Below, in pieces: positions 51,526 to 62,392 of a stretch of DNA of 64,000 nt; positions within the stretch are counted from its first letter, which is position 1, and every line of letters begins with the position of its first letter. Source of the DNA: Candidatus Zixiibacteriota bacterium (GTDB lineage Bacteria; Zixibacteria; MSB-5A5; UBA10806; 4484-95); assembly GCA_021159005.1 (NCBI GenBank), contig JAGGSN010000187.1:6972-70971 (forward strand), written 5' to 3'. The notes beneath the pieces were generated by a model. That model ran no database searches. It was not told the DNA's origin and saw nothing but the letters and a program-made list of their open reading frames with translations. A program made the position numbers and the translations under genes.

Positions 51526-51779
51526 TGATGAAAGCTCGTGAGTTAAGAGACCTTACTTATGAAGAAGTTCTTCAAAAAAGGGAAGAGGTCAGAAAAGAAA
51601 TCTTTAATTTAAGATTAAGACAGGCAACTCGCCAAACTGATAATCCTTTAAAAGTGCGTGAGCTGAGGAAGGATTTAGCCAGAACTAATACTGTTATTAA
51701 TGAACATGGTAAAAAAATTAACATTTTAGCTGATAATCCAACAGAAGTAAAAGACAGGCAGGGCGTTGATGAGAAATAG
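51525..51779 (+). CDS. rpmC: 50S ribosomal protein L29
   Basis: [32 protein letters not shown]. Confidence 0.9.
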   Translation: MMKARELRDLTYEEVLQKREEVRKEIFNLRLRQATRQTDNPLKVRELRKDLARTNTVINEHGKKINILADNPTEVKDRQGVDEK

Positions 51780-52020
51780 TCGTAAAATCAGAACAGGCAC
51801 CGTAAAATCGGCGAAAATGGGGAAAACTATTGTAGTGGCGGTAGAAAGAACGCTAAGACACCCAAGATATGGCAAAATTATTAAACGAACGTCCAAAGTT
51901 TACGCCCATGATGAAAAGAATGAAGCAAAATTAGGCGATGTTGTACAGGTTATGGAAACACGACCTATATCTAAAACTAAAAAATGGCGCCTGACTAATA
52001 TTTTAGAAAAAGCTAAATAG
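51766..52020 (+). CDS. rpsQ: 30S ribosomal protein S17
   Basis: [23 protein letters not shown]…KYHAHDE pattern. Confidence 0.9.
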   Translation: MMRNSRKIRTGTVKSAKMGKTIVVAVERTLRHPRYGKIIKRTSKVYAHDEKNEAKLGDVVQVMETRPISKTKKWRLTNILEKAK

Positions 52021-52036
52021 CAGGTGGTGAGCAGTT

Positions 52037-52405
52037 ATGATACAGGAATATACCAGATTAACAATATGCGATAACTCAGGCGCGAAAATCGCCATGTGTT
52101 TTCGTATTCTCGGCGGTACCCGTCATCGCTATGGTAGAATTGGCGATATTATCGTGGTTACTGTAAAGGACGCAATTCCGGGCGGTACGGTCAAGAAGAG
52201 CGAAGTCTGTAAGGCAGTAATTGTACGCACTAAAAAGGAAATCCGCCGTAAGGATGGTTCTTACGTAAGATTTTCCGATAATGCCGCCGTGATAATAAAT
52301 GATCAAGGCGAACCGCGCGGAACCAGAATCTTCGGCCCGGTAGCCAGAGAACTTCGCGAAAAGCAATTTATGAAAATCGTATCTCTTGCCCCGGAGGTTT
52401 TATAA
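52037..52405 (+). CDS. rplN: 50S ribosomal protein L14
   Basis: [17 protein letters not shown]. Confidence 0.95.
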   Translation: MIQEYTRLTICDNSGAKIAMCFRILGGTRHRYGRIGDIIVVTVKDAIPGGTVKKSEVCKAVIVRTKKEIRRKDGSYVRFSDNAAVIINDQGEPRGTRIFGPVARELREKQFMKIVSLAPEVL

Positions 52406-52430
52406 TTATGCAGTACACCGGGAGGATCGT

Positions 52431-52742
52431 ATGAGAGTCAGAAAAAACGATACCGTAAAAGTTATTTCGGGCGACGATAAGGGAAAAATCGGCAAAATAC
52501 TCAAAACTTTCCCTGATAAAAACAGGGTCATTATTGAGAATGTCAATCTTATCAAACGCCATACCAGACCAAGTCAGAAAAATCGTAAAGGCGGAATTGT
52601 TGAAAAAGAAGGCACTATTTCGGCAACTAATGTTATGCTTTATGATGTAAGAACCAATGCCCCTGCTCGAATTGGTTATAGACGATTAAAGGATGGCTCT
52701 AAAGTCAGAATTAATAAAAAATCAGGGGAGATTATTGAGTAA
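52431..52742 (+). CDS. rplX: 50S ribosomal protein L24
   Basis: MRVRKNDTVKVISGDDKGKIGKIL KOW; GGGAGG SD upstream. Confidence 0.9.
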   Translation: MRVRKNDTVKVISGDDKGKIGKILKTFPDKNRVIIENVNLIKRHTRPSQKNRKGGIVEKEGTISATNVMLYDVRTNAPARIGYRRLKDGSKVRINKKSGEIIE

Positions 52743-52745
52743 ATT

Positions 52746-53285
52746 ATGGCCAGGTTAAAAGAAAAATATCTAAGCGAGGTCAGACCTGAACTTCAAAAAA
52801 AGTTGGATTTTACAAACATTAATGAAGTTCCCAAAATTTCAAAAATAGTAGTTAATTCAGGCGTTGGCGAAGCGATAGTCGACCATAAGAAATTGGAATC
52901 TGTATCCAACGAGCTTATGATAATTACCGGCCAAAAACCGGTAGTTCGCAGGGCTAAAAAATCGATTTCAAATTTTAAGCTTCGTGAGGGTATGCCAATA
53001 GGTGTTTCCGTTACCTTGCGCGGCGATAGAATGTTCGAGTTTTATGACCGCTTGGTTAACGTTGCTATCCCAAGAATTAGAGATTTTCGGGGTGTGCCCG
53101 AAAAATCATTCGATGGCCGCGGCAATTATACGATTGGAATAACCGAGCAAATTATTTTTCCTGAAATAGATTATGATAAAGTGGATAAAATCCGCGGCAT
53201 GAACGTAACGATTGTTACTTCAGCTAAAACGGATTCTGAAGCTTTCGAATTGTTAAAACTAATGGGTATGCCATTTAAAAAATAG
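52746..53285 (+). CDS. rplE: 50S ribosomal protein L5
   Basis: MARLKEKY…NINEVPKI. Confidence 0.95.
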   Translation: MARLKEKYLSEVRPELQKKLDFTNINEVPKISKIVVNSGVGEAIVDHKKLESVSNELMIITGQKPVVRRAKKSISNFKLREGMPIGVSVTLRGDRMFEFYDRLVNVAIPRIRDFRGVPEKSFDGRGNYTIGITEQIIFPEIDYDKVDKIRGMNVTIVTSAKTDSEAFELLKLMGMPFKK

Positions 53286-53295
53286 AGGAGTTGGT

Positions 53296-53481
53296 GTGGC
53301 CAAAAAATGTAAAATCGCAGCTAGTTTGAAAAAGCCGAAATTTAATGTTCGTCAGAGTAATCGCTGCAGAAGATGTGGTCGCCCGCGCGGTTATATGAGA
53401 CGTTTTGGGCTTTGTAGAATATGCTTTAGACAACTTGCGTTAGCTGGGGAAATCCCCGGCGTAACAAAAGCTAGCTGGTAG
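53296..53481 (+). CDS. rpsN: 30S ribosomal protein S14 type Z (zinc-binding)
   Basis: 61 aa, [23 protein letters not shown]. Confidence 0.9.
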   Translation: MAKKCKIAASLKKPKFNVRQSNRCRRCGRPRGYMRRFGLCRICFRQLALAGEIPGVTKASW

Positions 53482-53496
53482 CAGGAGGACTTGGCT

Positions 53497-53895
53497 ATGA
53501 CTATGACTGACCCAATCGCCGATTATTTAACTCGTATTAGAAATGCCAGCAGAGCTTCAATAAGACGAGTAGAGATTCCGGCGTCTAATATGAAAAAAAG
53601 AATCACTGAAATCCTTCTGGAGAACAACTTTATTCGTTCAGTCGATTATATCGAGGACGATATACAGGGGGTTTTAAGGATTCGTCTTAAGTATACTTCT
53701 GATGGGATAAGCATTATCAAGGGGCTTGAGAGAGTTTCCACACCCGGCTTGAGAGTCTATCGAAATAGTAAAGATTTGCTTAAAGGCTCAAGAAAACCGG
53801 GTATGGTAATAGTATCTACATCATCAGGTATTATGACAGAAAAAAATGCCAACCAACAAGGAATCGGCGGCGAGGCATTATTCAGAATTTGGTAG
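53497..53895 (+). CDS. rpsH: 30S ribosomal protein S8
   Basis: TDPIADYLTRIRNA. Confidence 0.9.
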   Translation: MTMTDPIADYLTRIRNASRASIRRVEIPASNMKKRITEILLENNFIRSVDYIEDDIQGVLRIRLKYTSDGISIIKGLERVSTPGLRVYRNSKDLLKGSRKPGMVIVSTSSGIMTEKNANQQGIGGEALFRIW

Positions 53896-53908
53896 GAGGA
53901 ATTTCAAT

Positions 53909-54448
53909 TTGTCACGAATAGGAAAATTGCCGATAGACATCCCCAAAGGGGTTAAAGTTGCCCGAAGTGGTGATGTTATTAATGTGGAAGGACCGAAAGG
54001 AAAGCTTTCTGAAAGTATCCACCCATTAATACAGACTGAAATAACTGATACCAATGTTGTTGTTAAACGTTCATCGGATTTGAAATATCATCGGTCGCTT
54101 CATGGCTTATCAAGAGCATTAATCGCCAATATGGTGATTGGTGTTACCGAAGGATTTAAGAAGAACCTTGAAATTATCGGTGTCGGTTATCGAGCAGAGA
54201 AAATCGGAAAAGTAATAACTTTTTATCTGGGATATTCCCATCCAATTACGCTTGTGCCCCCAGAGGAAGTAAGTATAGAGCTTGATGGGGCTAATAAAAT
54301 ACAGGTTTCAGGCATTAATAAACAGATAGTTGGCCAGGTGGCGGCTGAAATTAGATCGTTCAGGCCTCCTGAACCATACAAAGGCAAGGGAATTAAATAT
54401 TCCGACGAAAATATTAGAAGAAAAGCCGGAAAGACGGCAGGCGCTTAA
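53909..54448 (+). CDS. rplF: 50S ribosomal protein L6
   Basis: [16 protein letters not shown]; TTG start in frame. Confidence 0.85.
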   Translation: MSRIGKLPIDIPKGVKVARSGDVINVEGPKGKLSESIHPLIQTEITDTNVVVKRSSDLKYHRSLHGLSRALIANMVIGVTEGFKKNLEIIGVGYRAEKIGKVITFYLGYSHPITLVPPEEVSIELDGANKIQVSGINKQIVGQVAAEIRSFRPPEPYKGKGIKYSDENIRRKAGKTAGA

Positions 54449-54450
54449 TT

Positions 54451-54816
54451 ATGGCAAATTTCGAAAAACAAAAAAACAGAGCTATAGCCAAACGCAAACT
54501 TCGCTCTAAGAGAAAATTGTTTGGCACATTGGAACGACCCCGGATGACAGTATATAAATCATTGAAGCATATCTATGCTCAGATTGTAGACGATCAATCT
54601 CAGAAATGCATTGTCGGAGCTTCAACTCTATCAAAAGAATTATCAGATTCAAAAATACCCAAAACAGAAAATGCTGTCAAGGTTGGCGAATTAATCGCCG
54701 TTCGAGCGAAAGAAAAAGGAATTACAGATATCGTTTTCGATAGATCGGGCTACCTTTATCATGGCCGCGTGAAGGCTGTTGCTGAAGGCGCTCGTAAAGG
54801 TGGATTGAATTTTTAA
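54451..54816 (+). CDS. rplR: 50S ribosomal protein L18
   Basis: 121 aa, [20 protein letters not shown]. Confidence 0.9.
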   Translation: MANFEKQKNRAIAKRKLRSKRKLFGTLERPRMTVYKSLKHIYAQIVDDQSQKCIVGASTLSKELSDSKIPKTENAVKVGELIAVRAKEKGITDIVFDRSGYLYHGRVKAVAEGARKGGLNF

Positions 54817-54836
54817 TATAAAACTGAGAGGTTTCT

Positions 54837-55343
54837 TTGGCGCAGTTTAATCAGATAGATACCGAATTCGAAGAAAAAGTCATTAATGTGAATCGCGTTG
54901 CCAAAGTGGTTAAAGGCGGTCGGCGCTTTAAATTTACCGCTTTAGTGGCAACCGGCGATAAAAAAGGCAAAGTCGGAATCGGCTATGGTAAAGCATCTGA
55001 GGTTGCAGAAGCTATACGCAAAGCCTGCGAGGCTGCGCGTAAAAATCTGGTCAGAATCGATGTCCATGAGGGTTCCATTTCTCATGAAGTAATCGGTAAG
55101 TGCGGTGCTGCCAGCGTCCTTCTTAAACCAGCCTCGGCTGGTACCGGTGTGATTGCCGGCGGACCTGTCAGGGCGGTAGTCGAATCTGCCGGTATCCAGG
55201 ATGTACTGACAAAGTGCCTCGGTACATCAAACCCCTTTAACGTTGTTAAGGCTACAATGAATGGACTTTTGCAGCTTAAAGAAATCGAGAGCCTTATCAA
55301 GGCTCGAACAGAAGCGGGAAAAGAAGATGGCAAATCAAATTAA
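54837..55343 (+). CDS. rpsE: 30S ribosomal protein S5
   Basis: [26 protein letters not shown]. Confidence 0.95.
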   Translation: MAQFNQIDTEFEEKVINVNRVAKVVKGGRRFKFTALVATGDKKGKVGIGYGKASEVAEAIRKACEAARKNLVRIDVHEGSISHEVIGKCGAASVLLKPASAGTGVIAGGPVRAVVESAGIQDVLTKCLGTSNPFNVVKATMNGLLQLKEIESLIKARTEAGKEDGKSN

Positions 55344-55509
55344 AATTCAACAGGTAAAAGGCGTAGCGGGTTCCTCCCAGCATCAAAGACGAGTTCTGCG
55401 TGCATTGGGACTCCGCCGCCGCGAACATACTGTCATGCATTATGATACTCCGCAAATAAGGGGTATGATAAACAAGGTATTTCATATGGTAAAGGTGATT
55501 GAGGGGTAA
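55327..55509 (+). CDS. rpmD: 50S ribosomal protein L30
   Basis: [31 protein letters not shown]; internal start within a longer track ORF. Confidence 0.85.
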   Translation: MANQIKIQQVKGVAGSSQHQRRVLRALGLRRREHTVMHYDTPQIRGMINKVFHMVKVIEG

Positions 55510-55955
55510 TGATGGATTTATCAAGCTTAAAACCAGCTCCGGGTGCAAAAAGTAATCGTAAAAGACTCGGACGAGGTCCCGGTTCCGGGTTAGGGTCGCA
55601 AAGCGGCAAAGGTCATAAAGGGCAAAAATCAAGATCCGGATATAAAAGCAGAGCCTGGCATGAGGGCGGTCAGATGCCAATGAATCGTCGGTTGCCAAAA
55701 CGCGGCTTTACGAATATATTCAAAACTATTAGCCAGGTAGTTAACTTAAACTCCCTCGAAAAATTGAACTTGGATGTTATTGATAAAGATGTTCTTTATT
55801 CAAAAAAGCTGATACGGAGAAAAAGAATTCCTGTTAAAATACTGGGTACTGGCGATATAACAAAGCCGTTAACTGTAAAAGCTCATGCTTTTTCTAAGAC
55901 AGCTATTGAAAAAATCGAAAAAGCGGGCGGAAAAGCAGAGGTAATCAAGTGTTAG
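55509..55955 (+). CDS. rplO: 50S ribosomal protein L15
   Basis: Gly-rich N-terminus GRGPGSGLGSQSGKGHKG. Confidence 0.9.
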   Translation: MMDLSSLKPAPGAKSNRKRLGRGPGSGLGSQSGKGHKGQKSRSGYKSRAWHEGGQMPMNRRLPKRGFTNIFKTISQVVNLNSLEKLNLDVIDKDVLYSKKLIRRKRIPVKILGTGDITKPLTVKAHAFSKTAIEKIEKAGGKAEVIKC

Positions 55956-57259
55956 GGAGTTTTAAAAACGTATTCAAAATCCATGAACTCCGTCAGCGGC
56001 TTCTATTTACTTTGGCCATTTTGGTTGTCTATAGAATTGGCGGTCATATACCGACACCCGGTATTGATGCGCATGCTTTGGGAGAGTTTTTCCAAACCGC
56101 CTCCGGGTCTTTATTCGGCATGTATGATATGTTTGTCGGTGGTGCCTTTAGTAAAGCAACTGTCTTTTCTTTAGGTATTATGCCGTATATCTCAGCTTCG
56201 ATTATCTTTCAGCTTTTGGGAGCAGTAATTCCCTACTTCCAGAAACTCCAGAAAGAAGGCGAGGAAGGCAGGCGGAAAATCACCCAGTATACGCGTTATG
56301 GAACAGTGTTGATTGCCTCGCTGCAGGCTTTGGGAACCGCTGTGTTTTTAGAATCAATAACAACTTCATCCGGCGCTTCAGTAGTGCCCTATCCCGGCAT
56401 TGGCTTCAAACTGCTGACTATGCTGACATTCACTAGCGGCACAATTTTTATTATGTGGCTGGGTGAAAAAATAACCGAACGCGGTATCGGTAACGGCATC
56501 TCCCTGATTATCTTCATAGGTATTATTGCCAGATTCCCGCAGGGCGTTATGGATGAAGCGCGCATGGTTTTAGGCGGCCAGCGGTCAATAATCGTAGAAT
56601 TAATTATTCTTGCTTTTATGGTTGCTATTATTGCAGCGATTGTGCTGGTTACTCGCGCTCAGCGCAAGGTTCCGGTGCAGTATGCTAAACGCGTTGTCGG
56701 CCGTAAGGTTTATGGCGGAATGGCTACTCATATACCTTTATCAGTCAACACCGCCGGCGTTATTCCTATCATCTTTGCCCAGTCGATTATGTTTGCTCCA
56801 ACAACTCTAACATCATTTTTCCCAAATTCCGAATTCATGCAGATGATTGCCTCATGGTTTGACCCGGGCGCTATAGTGTACAGTTTGGTTTATGGTTTAA
56901 TGATTATATTCTTCGCTTATTTCTATACGGCTATTGTGTTCAACCCTATTGATCTGGCTGATAATATGAAGAAACAGGGCGGATTTATTCCCGGCATTCG
57001 ACCAGGTCAAAAAACAGCTGAATATATCGATTACATCCTTACCCGTATCACGCTCCCCGGCGCTATGTTCTTTGCTCTGGTTGCGGTGTTGCCTTATGTT
57101 TTGATTAGAAAAATAGGCGTAACATTTTATTTTGGCGGCACAGGCTTGCTGATTATTGTCGGTGTGGCTCTTGATACGCTTCAACAAATTGAATCCCATC
57201 TTTTGATGAGGCATTATGACGGGTTTATGAAAAAAGGAAAAATGAAAGGCAGGTATTAG
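55949..57259 (+). CDS. secY: preprotein translocase subunit SecY
   Basis: 436 aa, 10 TM; LFTLAILVVYRIGGHIPTPGID. Confidence 0.9.
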   Translation: MLGSFKNVFKIHELRQRLLFTLAILVVYRIGGHIPTPGIDAHALGEFFQTASGSLFGMYDMFVGGAFSKATVFSLGIMPYISASIIFQLLGAVIPYFQKLQKEGEEGRRKITQYTRYGTVLIASLQALGTAVFLESITTSSGASVVPYPGIGFKLLTMLTFTSGTIFIMWLGEKITERGIGNGISLIIFIGIIARFPQGVMDEARMVLGGQRSIIVELIILAFMVAIIAAIVLVTRAQRKVPVQYAKRVVGRKVYGGMATHIPLSVNTAGVIPIIFAQSIMFAPTTLTSFFPNSEFMQMIASWFDPGAIVYSLVYGLMIIFFAYFYTAIVFNPIDLADNMKKQGGFIPGIRPGQKTAEYIDYILTRITLPGAMFFALVAVLPYVLIRKIGVTFYFGGTGLLIIVGVALDTLQQIESHLLMRHYDGFMKKGKMKGRY

Positions 57260-57262
57260 TTA

Positions 57263-57898
57263 ATGCGCTTAGTGTTTTTAGGGCCTCCTGGTTCGGGCAA
57301 AGGAACTCAGGCAAAAATTTTGGCTGAGAAGAAAAATCTTACTCATATATCTACTGGAGATGTATTAAGAAATGCCGTAAAAAATGGCACCGAACTTGGC
57401 AAGAAAGCAAAACCTATTATGGATACCGGAGGCTTGGTTCCTGATAATATTATTTTGGGAATGATAAAAGAACTGTTGCAAAACACTAACGATAACTTTA
57501 TACTTGATGGTTTTCCAAGAACCGCTGCACAAGCCGAGGGCTTAGAAAAAATGATGGTTGAACTCGGAATTAAGATTGATGCGGCGGTAAACCTTGATGT
57601 GAATGATGAAGAAGTGTTGAAAAGATTAACTGGCAGATTCTTCTGCGAAAAATGCGGCGCTGATTTTAATGCTAATACTCGTCCTCCAAAAGCTGAAGGC
57701 ATTTGCGACAAGTGCGGCGGTAAATTAATGCAGCGCGATGATGATAAAACTGAAGTAATTACTGGCAGACTCAACGTCTATCGGGAAAAAACAAAACCGG
57801 TTGAGGATTTCTACCGTTTACATAATGTGTTGGTGAATGTTAACGGAACTCAGGGTTTTGATGATGTTACTGCTGATATTTTAAAGGTTGTAAACTGA
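57263..57898 (+). CDS. adk: adenylate kinase (zinc-binding lid)
   Basis: MRLVFLGPPGSGKGTQA; lid CEKCG…CDKCGG. Confidence 0.95.
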   Translation: MRLVFLGPPGSGKGTQAKILAEKKNLTHISTGDVLRNAVKNGTELGKKAKPIMDTGGLVPDNIILGMIKELLQNTNDNFILDGFPRTAAQAEGLEKMMVELGIKIDAAVNLDVNDEEVLKRLTGRFFCEKCGADFNANTRPPKAEGICDKCGGKLMQRDDDKTEVITGRLNVYREKTKPVEDFYRLHNVLVNVNGTQGFDDVTADILKVVN

Positions 57899-57902
57899 TT
57901 TT

Positions 57903-58646
57903 ATGATAATTTATAAATCGGCCAACGAAATAAAAAAAATAAGAGCGTCTGGCTCAATAGTGGCGCAAACGATAAAATTGCTCTTTGAAAATATTAAACC
58001 TGGTATCACCACCGCCGAATTGGATAAAATGGCCGAAGATTTTATTCGTTCTAAGAAGGCTGTACCTTCATTTAAGGGCTACAATGGATTCCCAGCCAGT
58101 ATCTGTGCATCAATCGATGATGAGGTTGTGCATGGAATTCCGGGCTCGAGAGTTTTAGAGGAAGGTCAGGTTATCGGTATTGATGTTGGAGCTTACAAAG
58201 ATGGATATCATGGCGATTCCGCTTGGACTATTACTGTCGGCAAAGTAAGCGATGAAGCGAAAAAACAAATCAAAGTGGGCGAAGAGTGTCTTTGGCGGGG
58301 AATTGAACAAGCGCGTGTCGGCAATCAGCTCGGAGATATCGGACATGCTATTCAAGCTCATGCCGAAAAGAACGGTTATTCGGTTGTGCGGGATCTGGTT
58401 GGTCATGGTGTCGGTAGAAAGCTGCATGAAGACCCCCAGGTGCCTCATTATGGAAAACAACACACCGGACTTACTTTGAGATCCGGTTTGGTTATTGCAA
58501 TAGAGCCTATGATAAATGATGGCGTATATCAGGTAAAATTACTTAATGATAATTGGACTATTGTTACTGCTGATGGCAAACGCTCAGTCCATTTTGAACA
58601 TACAATTGCCGTAAGTGAAAACGGTCCTGTTATTTTAACGGAATAA
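57903..58646 (+). CDS. map: type I methionine aminopeptidase
   Basis: pita-bread fold motifs DVGAYKDGYHGD, HGVG, metal ligands. Confidence 0.9.
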   Translation: MIIYKSANEIKKIRASGSIVAQTIKLLFENIKPGITTAELDKMAEDFIRSKKAVPSFKGYNGFPASICASIDDEVVHGIPGSRVLEEGQVIGIDVGAYKDGYHGDSAWTITVGKVSDEAKKQIKVGEECLWRGIEQARVGNQLGDIGHAIQAHAEKNGYSVVRDLVGHGVGRKLHEDPQVPHYGKQHTGLTLRSGLVIAIEPMINDGVYQVKLLNDNWTIVTADGKRSVHFEHTIAVSENGPVILTE

Positions 58647-58657
58647 TTTGAGGTTAG

Positions 58658-58876
58658 ATGGCTAAGGAAGATGTAATAGAGGTTGAAGGCAGAGTTATTG
58701 AACCTTTACCCAACGCTATGTTTCGCGTTGAACTTGATAATGGACATCAAGTATTAGCGCATATTTCGGGTAAAATGAGGATGCACTTTATCAAAATCCT
58801 CCCCGGTGATAAAGTTACTCTCGAACTATCACCCTATGATCTGAACCGAGGTCGGATAACATATAGACATAAATAG
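58658..58876 (+). CDS. infA: translation initiation factor IF-1
   Basis: [41 protein letters not shown]. Confidence 0.95.
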   Translation: MAKEDVIEVEGRVIEPLPNAMFRVELDNGHQVLAHISGKMRMHFIKILPGDKVTLELSPYDLNRGRITYRHK

Positions 58877-58894
58877 AGAATTAAGGAGTTGGTT

Positions 58895-59008
58895 GTGAAA
58901 GTACGATCATCTGTTAAAGTTCGCTGCGAAAAATGTAAAATAATCAGGCGCAAAGGCGTGGTTAGGGTTATTTGCTCTAACCCCAAACATAAACAGCGTC
59001 AAGGCTAA
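58895..59008 (+). CDS. rpmJ: 50S ribosomal protein L36
   Basis: [40 protein letters not shown] start; below ORF-track cutoff. Confidence 0.8.
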   Translation: MKVRSSVKVRCEKCKIIRRKGVVRVICSNPKHKQRQG

Positions 59009-59023
59009 ATAAGGAGGTTATGA

Positions 59024-59395
59024 TTGGCTCGTATAGCCGGAGTTGATTTGCCGCGCAGCAAAAGAATCGAAGTTGCGTTAACATATATTTATGGTATTGG
59101 GCATACTACCGCTAAGAAGATTATTAAAATCAGTAAAGTTGACCCCGATATACGGGTGAATAAACTTACCGATGAACAAATTGCCAGCCTGAGAAATGTT
59201 ATCGAACAGAACCATAAAGTCGAAGGCGCTCTAAGAACAGAATACAACATGAATATCAAGCGCCTTATCGATATTGGATCTTATCGCGGTCTCAGGCATC
59301 GACGCGGTTTACCGGTTCGCGGACAGCGCACCAAAACAAATGCCCGAACCCGTAAAGGTCGCAAGAAAACCATAGGAAGAAAGAAAAAATCTTAA
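59024..59395 (+). CDS. rpsM: 30S ribosomal protein S13
   Basis: [26 protein letters not shown]. Confidence 0.95.
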   Translation: MARIAGVDLPRSKRIEVALTYIYGIGHTTAKKIIKISKVDPDIRVNKLTDEQIASLRNVIEQNHKVEGALRTEYNMNIKRLIDIGSYRGLRHRRGLPVRGQRTKTNARTRKGRKKTIGRKKKS

Positions 59396-59413
59396 TTATA
59401 AACGGAGGAAGAT

Positions 59414-59809
59414 TTGGCAGAACCTTCTAAGAAAAGAAAAACTAAAAAGAAAGCAAAAAAAGTTGATGCTAATGGCGTTGTCCATATAAAGGCTTCTTTT
59501 AATAATACCATTATTACTATTGCTGATACTAAAGGTAATGTGATTGCATGGGCGACTGCGGGAAAAGCTGGTTTTAAGGGTTCTAAAAAATCTACTCCTT
59601 TTGCCGCGCAGGTTGCCGCGCAGGCTACTGCAAAGGAAGCTATGGATATGGGCTTAAGGAAAGTTGAAGTATGGGTTAAGGGACCAGGTTCCGGCAGAGA
59701 AGCTACCATACGGTCAATCCAGGCTGCCGGACTCGAAATAACCGCAATAAAAGATGTGACCCCTATCCCGCATAATGGATGTCGTCCTTCTAAAAAGAGA
59801 AGGGTTTAA
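59414..59809 (+). CDS. rpsK: 30S ribosomal protein S11
   Basis: [16 protein letters not shown]…[10 protein letters not shown]. Confidence 0.95.
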   Translation: MAEPSKKRKTKKKAKKVDANGVVHIKASFNNTIITIADTKGNVIAWATAGKAGFKGSKKSTPFAAQVAAQATAKEAMDMGLRKVEVWVKGPGSGREATIRSIQAAGLEITAIKDVTPIPHNGCRPSKKRRV

Positions 59810-59812
59810 GAA

Positions 59813-60442
59813 ATGGCTAGGTATCGTGACGCAAATTGTAAGCTTTGCCGACGAGAGGGTATGAAATTATTCCTGAAGGGAAGCCGCTGCTATTCTGACA
59901 AATGCGCTTTCGACCGCCGCGGTTATGCCCCTGGTCAGCATGGCCAAAAAGGCCGCCGTAAAGGTTCCGAATACGGCCTTCAGCTTCGCGAAAAACAAAA
60001 AGTGCGTCGTATTTATGGCGTTTTAGAAAATCAATTTCGCAATTATTTTAAAAAAGCTGCCAAGAAAAAAGGCATTACCGGTGAAATACTTTTGCAAATG
60101 CTGGAATGCCGCCTGGATAACCTTGTTTACAGGTTTGGTTTTGCCCCCTCGCGAAAAGCTGCTCGTCAGCTTGTAAGGCATTGTCATATCACGGTCGATG
60201 GTAGAAAGGTTAACATCCCATCTTTTGGAGTTAAAACTGGCAGCGTTGTAAGTGTTCGAGAAAAAAGCCGCAATCTTGATGTTGTTCACCAAGCATTAAA
60301 AGATGCAGGCCGAGGAGTTGACCTTGATTGGATTCAATTGGATAAGGTTAAGATGGAAGGCAAATTGCTCGAAATCCCCACTCGAACACAAATCCCTGTT
60401 TTAGTGCAGGAACAAATGATTGTAGAGTTATATTCAAAGTAG
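59813..60442 (+). CDS. rpsD: 30S ribosomal protein S4
   Basis: [16 protein letters not shown] zinc motif, S4 domain. Confidence 0.95.
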   Translation: MARYRDANCKLCRREGMKLFLKGSRCYSDKCAFDRRGYAPGQHGQKGRRKGSEYGLQLREKQKVRRIYGVLENQFRNYFKKAAKKKGITGEILLQMLECRLDNLVYRFGFAPSRKAARQLVRHCHITVDGRKVNIPSFGVKTGSVVSVREKSRNLDVVHQALKDAGRGVDLDWIQLDKVKMEGKLLEIPTRTQIPVLVQEQMIVELYSK

Positions 60443-60482
60443 TGTGCTTTTATTTATTTAGAATTGTGGAGGCGAGCTGCCG

Positions 60483-61472
60483 ATGAAATGGAAAAGCATT
60501 CAAATGCCCAAAGAAATGGTTATTGATGAAAACGGTACCGATGATCATTATGGACGTTTTATCATCGAACCTTTAGAACGAGGTTTTGGACAGACTATAG
60601 GCAATGCTATGAGACGAGTGCTGCTGTCCTCTATTCAGGGTGCGGCATTCACGTCAATTAGGATTGATGGAATCTTACACGAATTTTCTACTATCTCCGG
60701 CGTGTATGAGGATTTAACTAATATCATCCTTAATGTGAAAAGAACAAACATAAAACTTGATGGCGATGCGCCTAAAACTGTCATTCTTGAAGCGATAGGC
60801 AAAGGCGATTATTCGGCATCCCATTTTCAGCATGATGCTGATCTCGAGATTTTAAATCCCGACCAGCATATTCTTACTTTAACCGATGATATTACTTTAA
60901 GAATGGAACTCAGAGTTGACAGCGGCAGAGGATTTGTTACCGCTGAAATGAATGTCCAGCCTGATGCGCCAGTCGGCTCTATCCCGCTTGATGCTCAATT
61001 TTCGCCTATCGAAAAGATTAATTTCGAGGTTGAAAACACAAGAGTCGGACAGCGCACAGATTACGATAAACTCATTTTGTATGTCTGGACTAACGGCGCT
61101 ATTTCCCCTGAGGATTCCCTGTCTTTTGCGGCTAAGCTTATTAAAGATCATCTTAATGTGTTTGGTCATGCCGAACAGGAAATGGAAATTGATGAGGATG
61201 AGAAAGTCGACGAGGAAGTTCTTCGCATTCGCAATCTGCTGAATATGCGCGTTGATGAACTGGAACTGTCCGTTCGGTCTTCAAACTGCCTTCACGCTGC
61301 TAACATTGTTACTTTGGAAGATCTTGTCCGTAAAACAGAAAGTGAAATGTTGCGCTATCGTAATTTCGGAAGAAAATCATTGAACGAATTAAACAACATC
61401 TTAAGCGAACTCGGCTTGTCATTTGGTATGGATGTTGAAAAATATAAAGAGGAAATAACAACTAAGGCTTAA
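60483..61472 (+). CDS. rpoA: DNA-directed RNA polymerase subunit alpha
   Basis: GFGQTIGNAMRRVLLSS, C-terminal domain NCL..A.I..L.DL. Confidence 0.9.
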   Translation: MKWKSIQMPKEMVIDENGTDDHYGRFIIEPLERGFGQTIGNAMRRVLLSSIQGAAFTSIRIDGILHEFSTISGVYEDLTNIILNVKRTNIKLDGDAPKTVILEAIGKGDYSASHFQHDADLEILNPDQHILTLTDDITLRMELRVDSGRGFVTAEMNVQPDAPVGSIPLDAQFSPIEKINFEVENTRVGQRTDYDKLILYVWTNGAISPEDSLSFAAKLIKDHLNVFGHAEQEMEIDEDEKVDEEVLRIRNLLNMRVDELELSVRSSNCLHAANIVTLEDLVRKTESEMLRYRNFGRKSLNELNNILSELGLSFGMDVEKYKEEITTKA

Positions 61473-61474
61473 TT

Positions 61475-61888
61475 ATGCGTCATAGAAGATCGGTTCGTAA
61501 ACTGGGAGTTAAAACCGCGCACCGCAAGGCTATGATGTCGAACATGGCATCATCCTTAATAGAGCATGGACAGATTCAAACTACTGTTGCTCGCGCTAAA
61601 GTGCTGGTGCCGGTTGTTTCACGTTTGATTACATTTGCCAAAAGAGGCGATGTCCATGCCCGCCGCATGGCTGCCATTACTATTAAAAATAGAAACATCC
61701 TCAAGAAGCTGTTTAACGATATTGCTCCTGAATTTGAAAATAAAAACGGCGGTTATGCCAGAGTCATCAGAAATGGATTCAGAAAAGGTGATGGCGCCTC
61801 GATGGCTGTTGTTGAACTTCTTATCGAGAAAAAAGGCGAAACAAAAGAAACGAAAAAAGGCAAAGCAGATAAAGATAAAGAAAAGTAA
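61475..61888 (+). CDS. rplQ: 50S ribosomal protein L17
   Basis: MRHRRSVRKLGVKTAHRKAM. Confidence 0.95.
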   Translation: MRHRRSVRKLGVKTAHRKAMMSNMASSLIEHGQIQTTVARAKVLVPVVSRLITFAKRGDVHARRMAAITIKNRNILKKLFNDIAPEFENKNGGYARVIRNGFRKGDGASMAVVELLIEKKGETKETKKGKADKDKEK

Positions 61889-61915
61889 TTTGCGTATTAA
61901 ACTCAGTTTAAATTA

Positions 61916-61945
61916 GGCCGGACGATTTCGCCCGGCCTTTTTGTT
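61916..61945 (+). terminator. intrinsic terminator ending the ribosomal super-operon
   Basis: GGCCGGacgatttcgCCCGGCC + TTTTTGTT. Confidence 0.7.
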
Positions 61946-62328
61946 AATGCCGCTATATTAGTATTTTGTTTTAACCCAAGTTTTTGCAGTAGAAGTTTAT
62001 TATAGCAGTGATTATCACATAAAGCATTGCAATGAATCGATATCATTACACCATTTTAGCTCGGTTTACTAAGCGGTGCTTGGCAGCCAGGGAAAATAAC
62101 CTCACAGATAAAGTGAAATATTAGAAAACTGTCTTAATACTATTACAATCGTCAACATGCCCCTAAATCTCCTCTCAAGAGGGGGACTTCGTTAACATAT
62201 CACAAATGAGAATTGCCATAAAACCCTAAATCCTCCGCCATTTACGGGGGACTTTTAGATTGCATAGCCATATAACGTGTTAGCGCAAATATTATTCCTC
62301 TCTCGAGAGGGGTTAGGGGTGTGTTATG

Positions 62329-62386
62329 ACTGGTGTACGTCCTCGTGCAAAAGCGTCGCGGCTGGTGTACGTCCTCGTGCACCGGC
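62329..62386. repeat. two family-A hairpin repeats (truncated + full) adjacent to prfB 3' end
   Basis: gactggtgtacgtcctcgtgcaa … ggctggtgtacgtcctcgtgcaccggc. Confidence 0.75.
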
Positions 62387-62392
62387 ATTTAG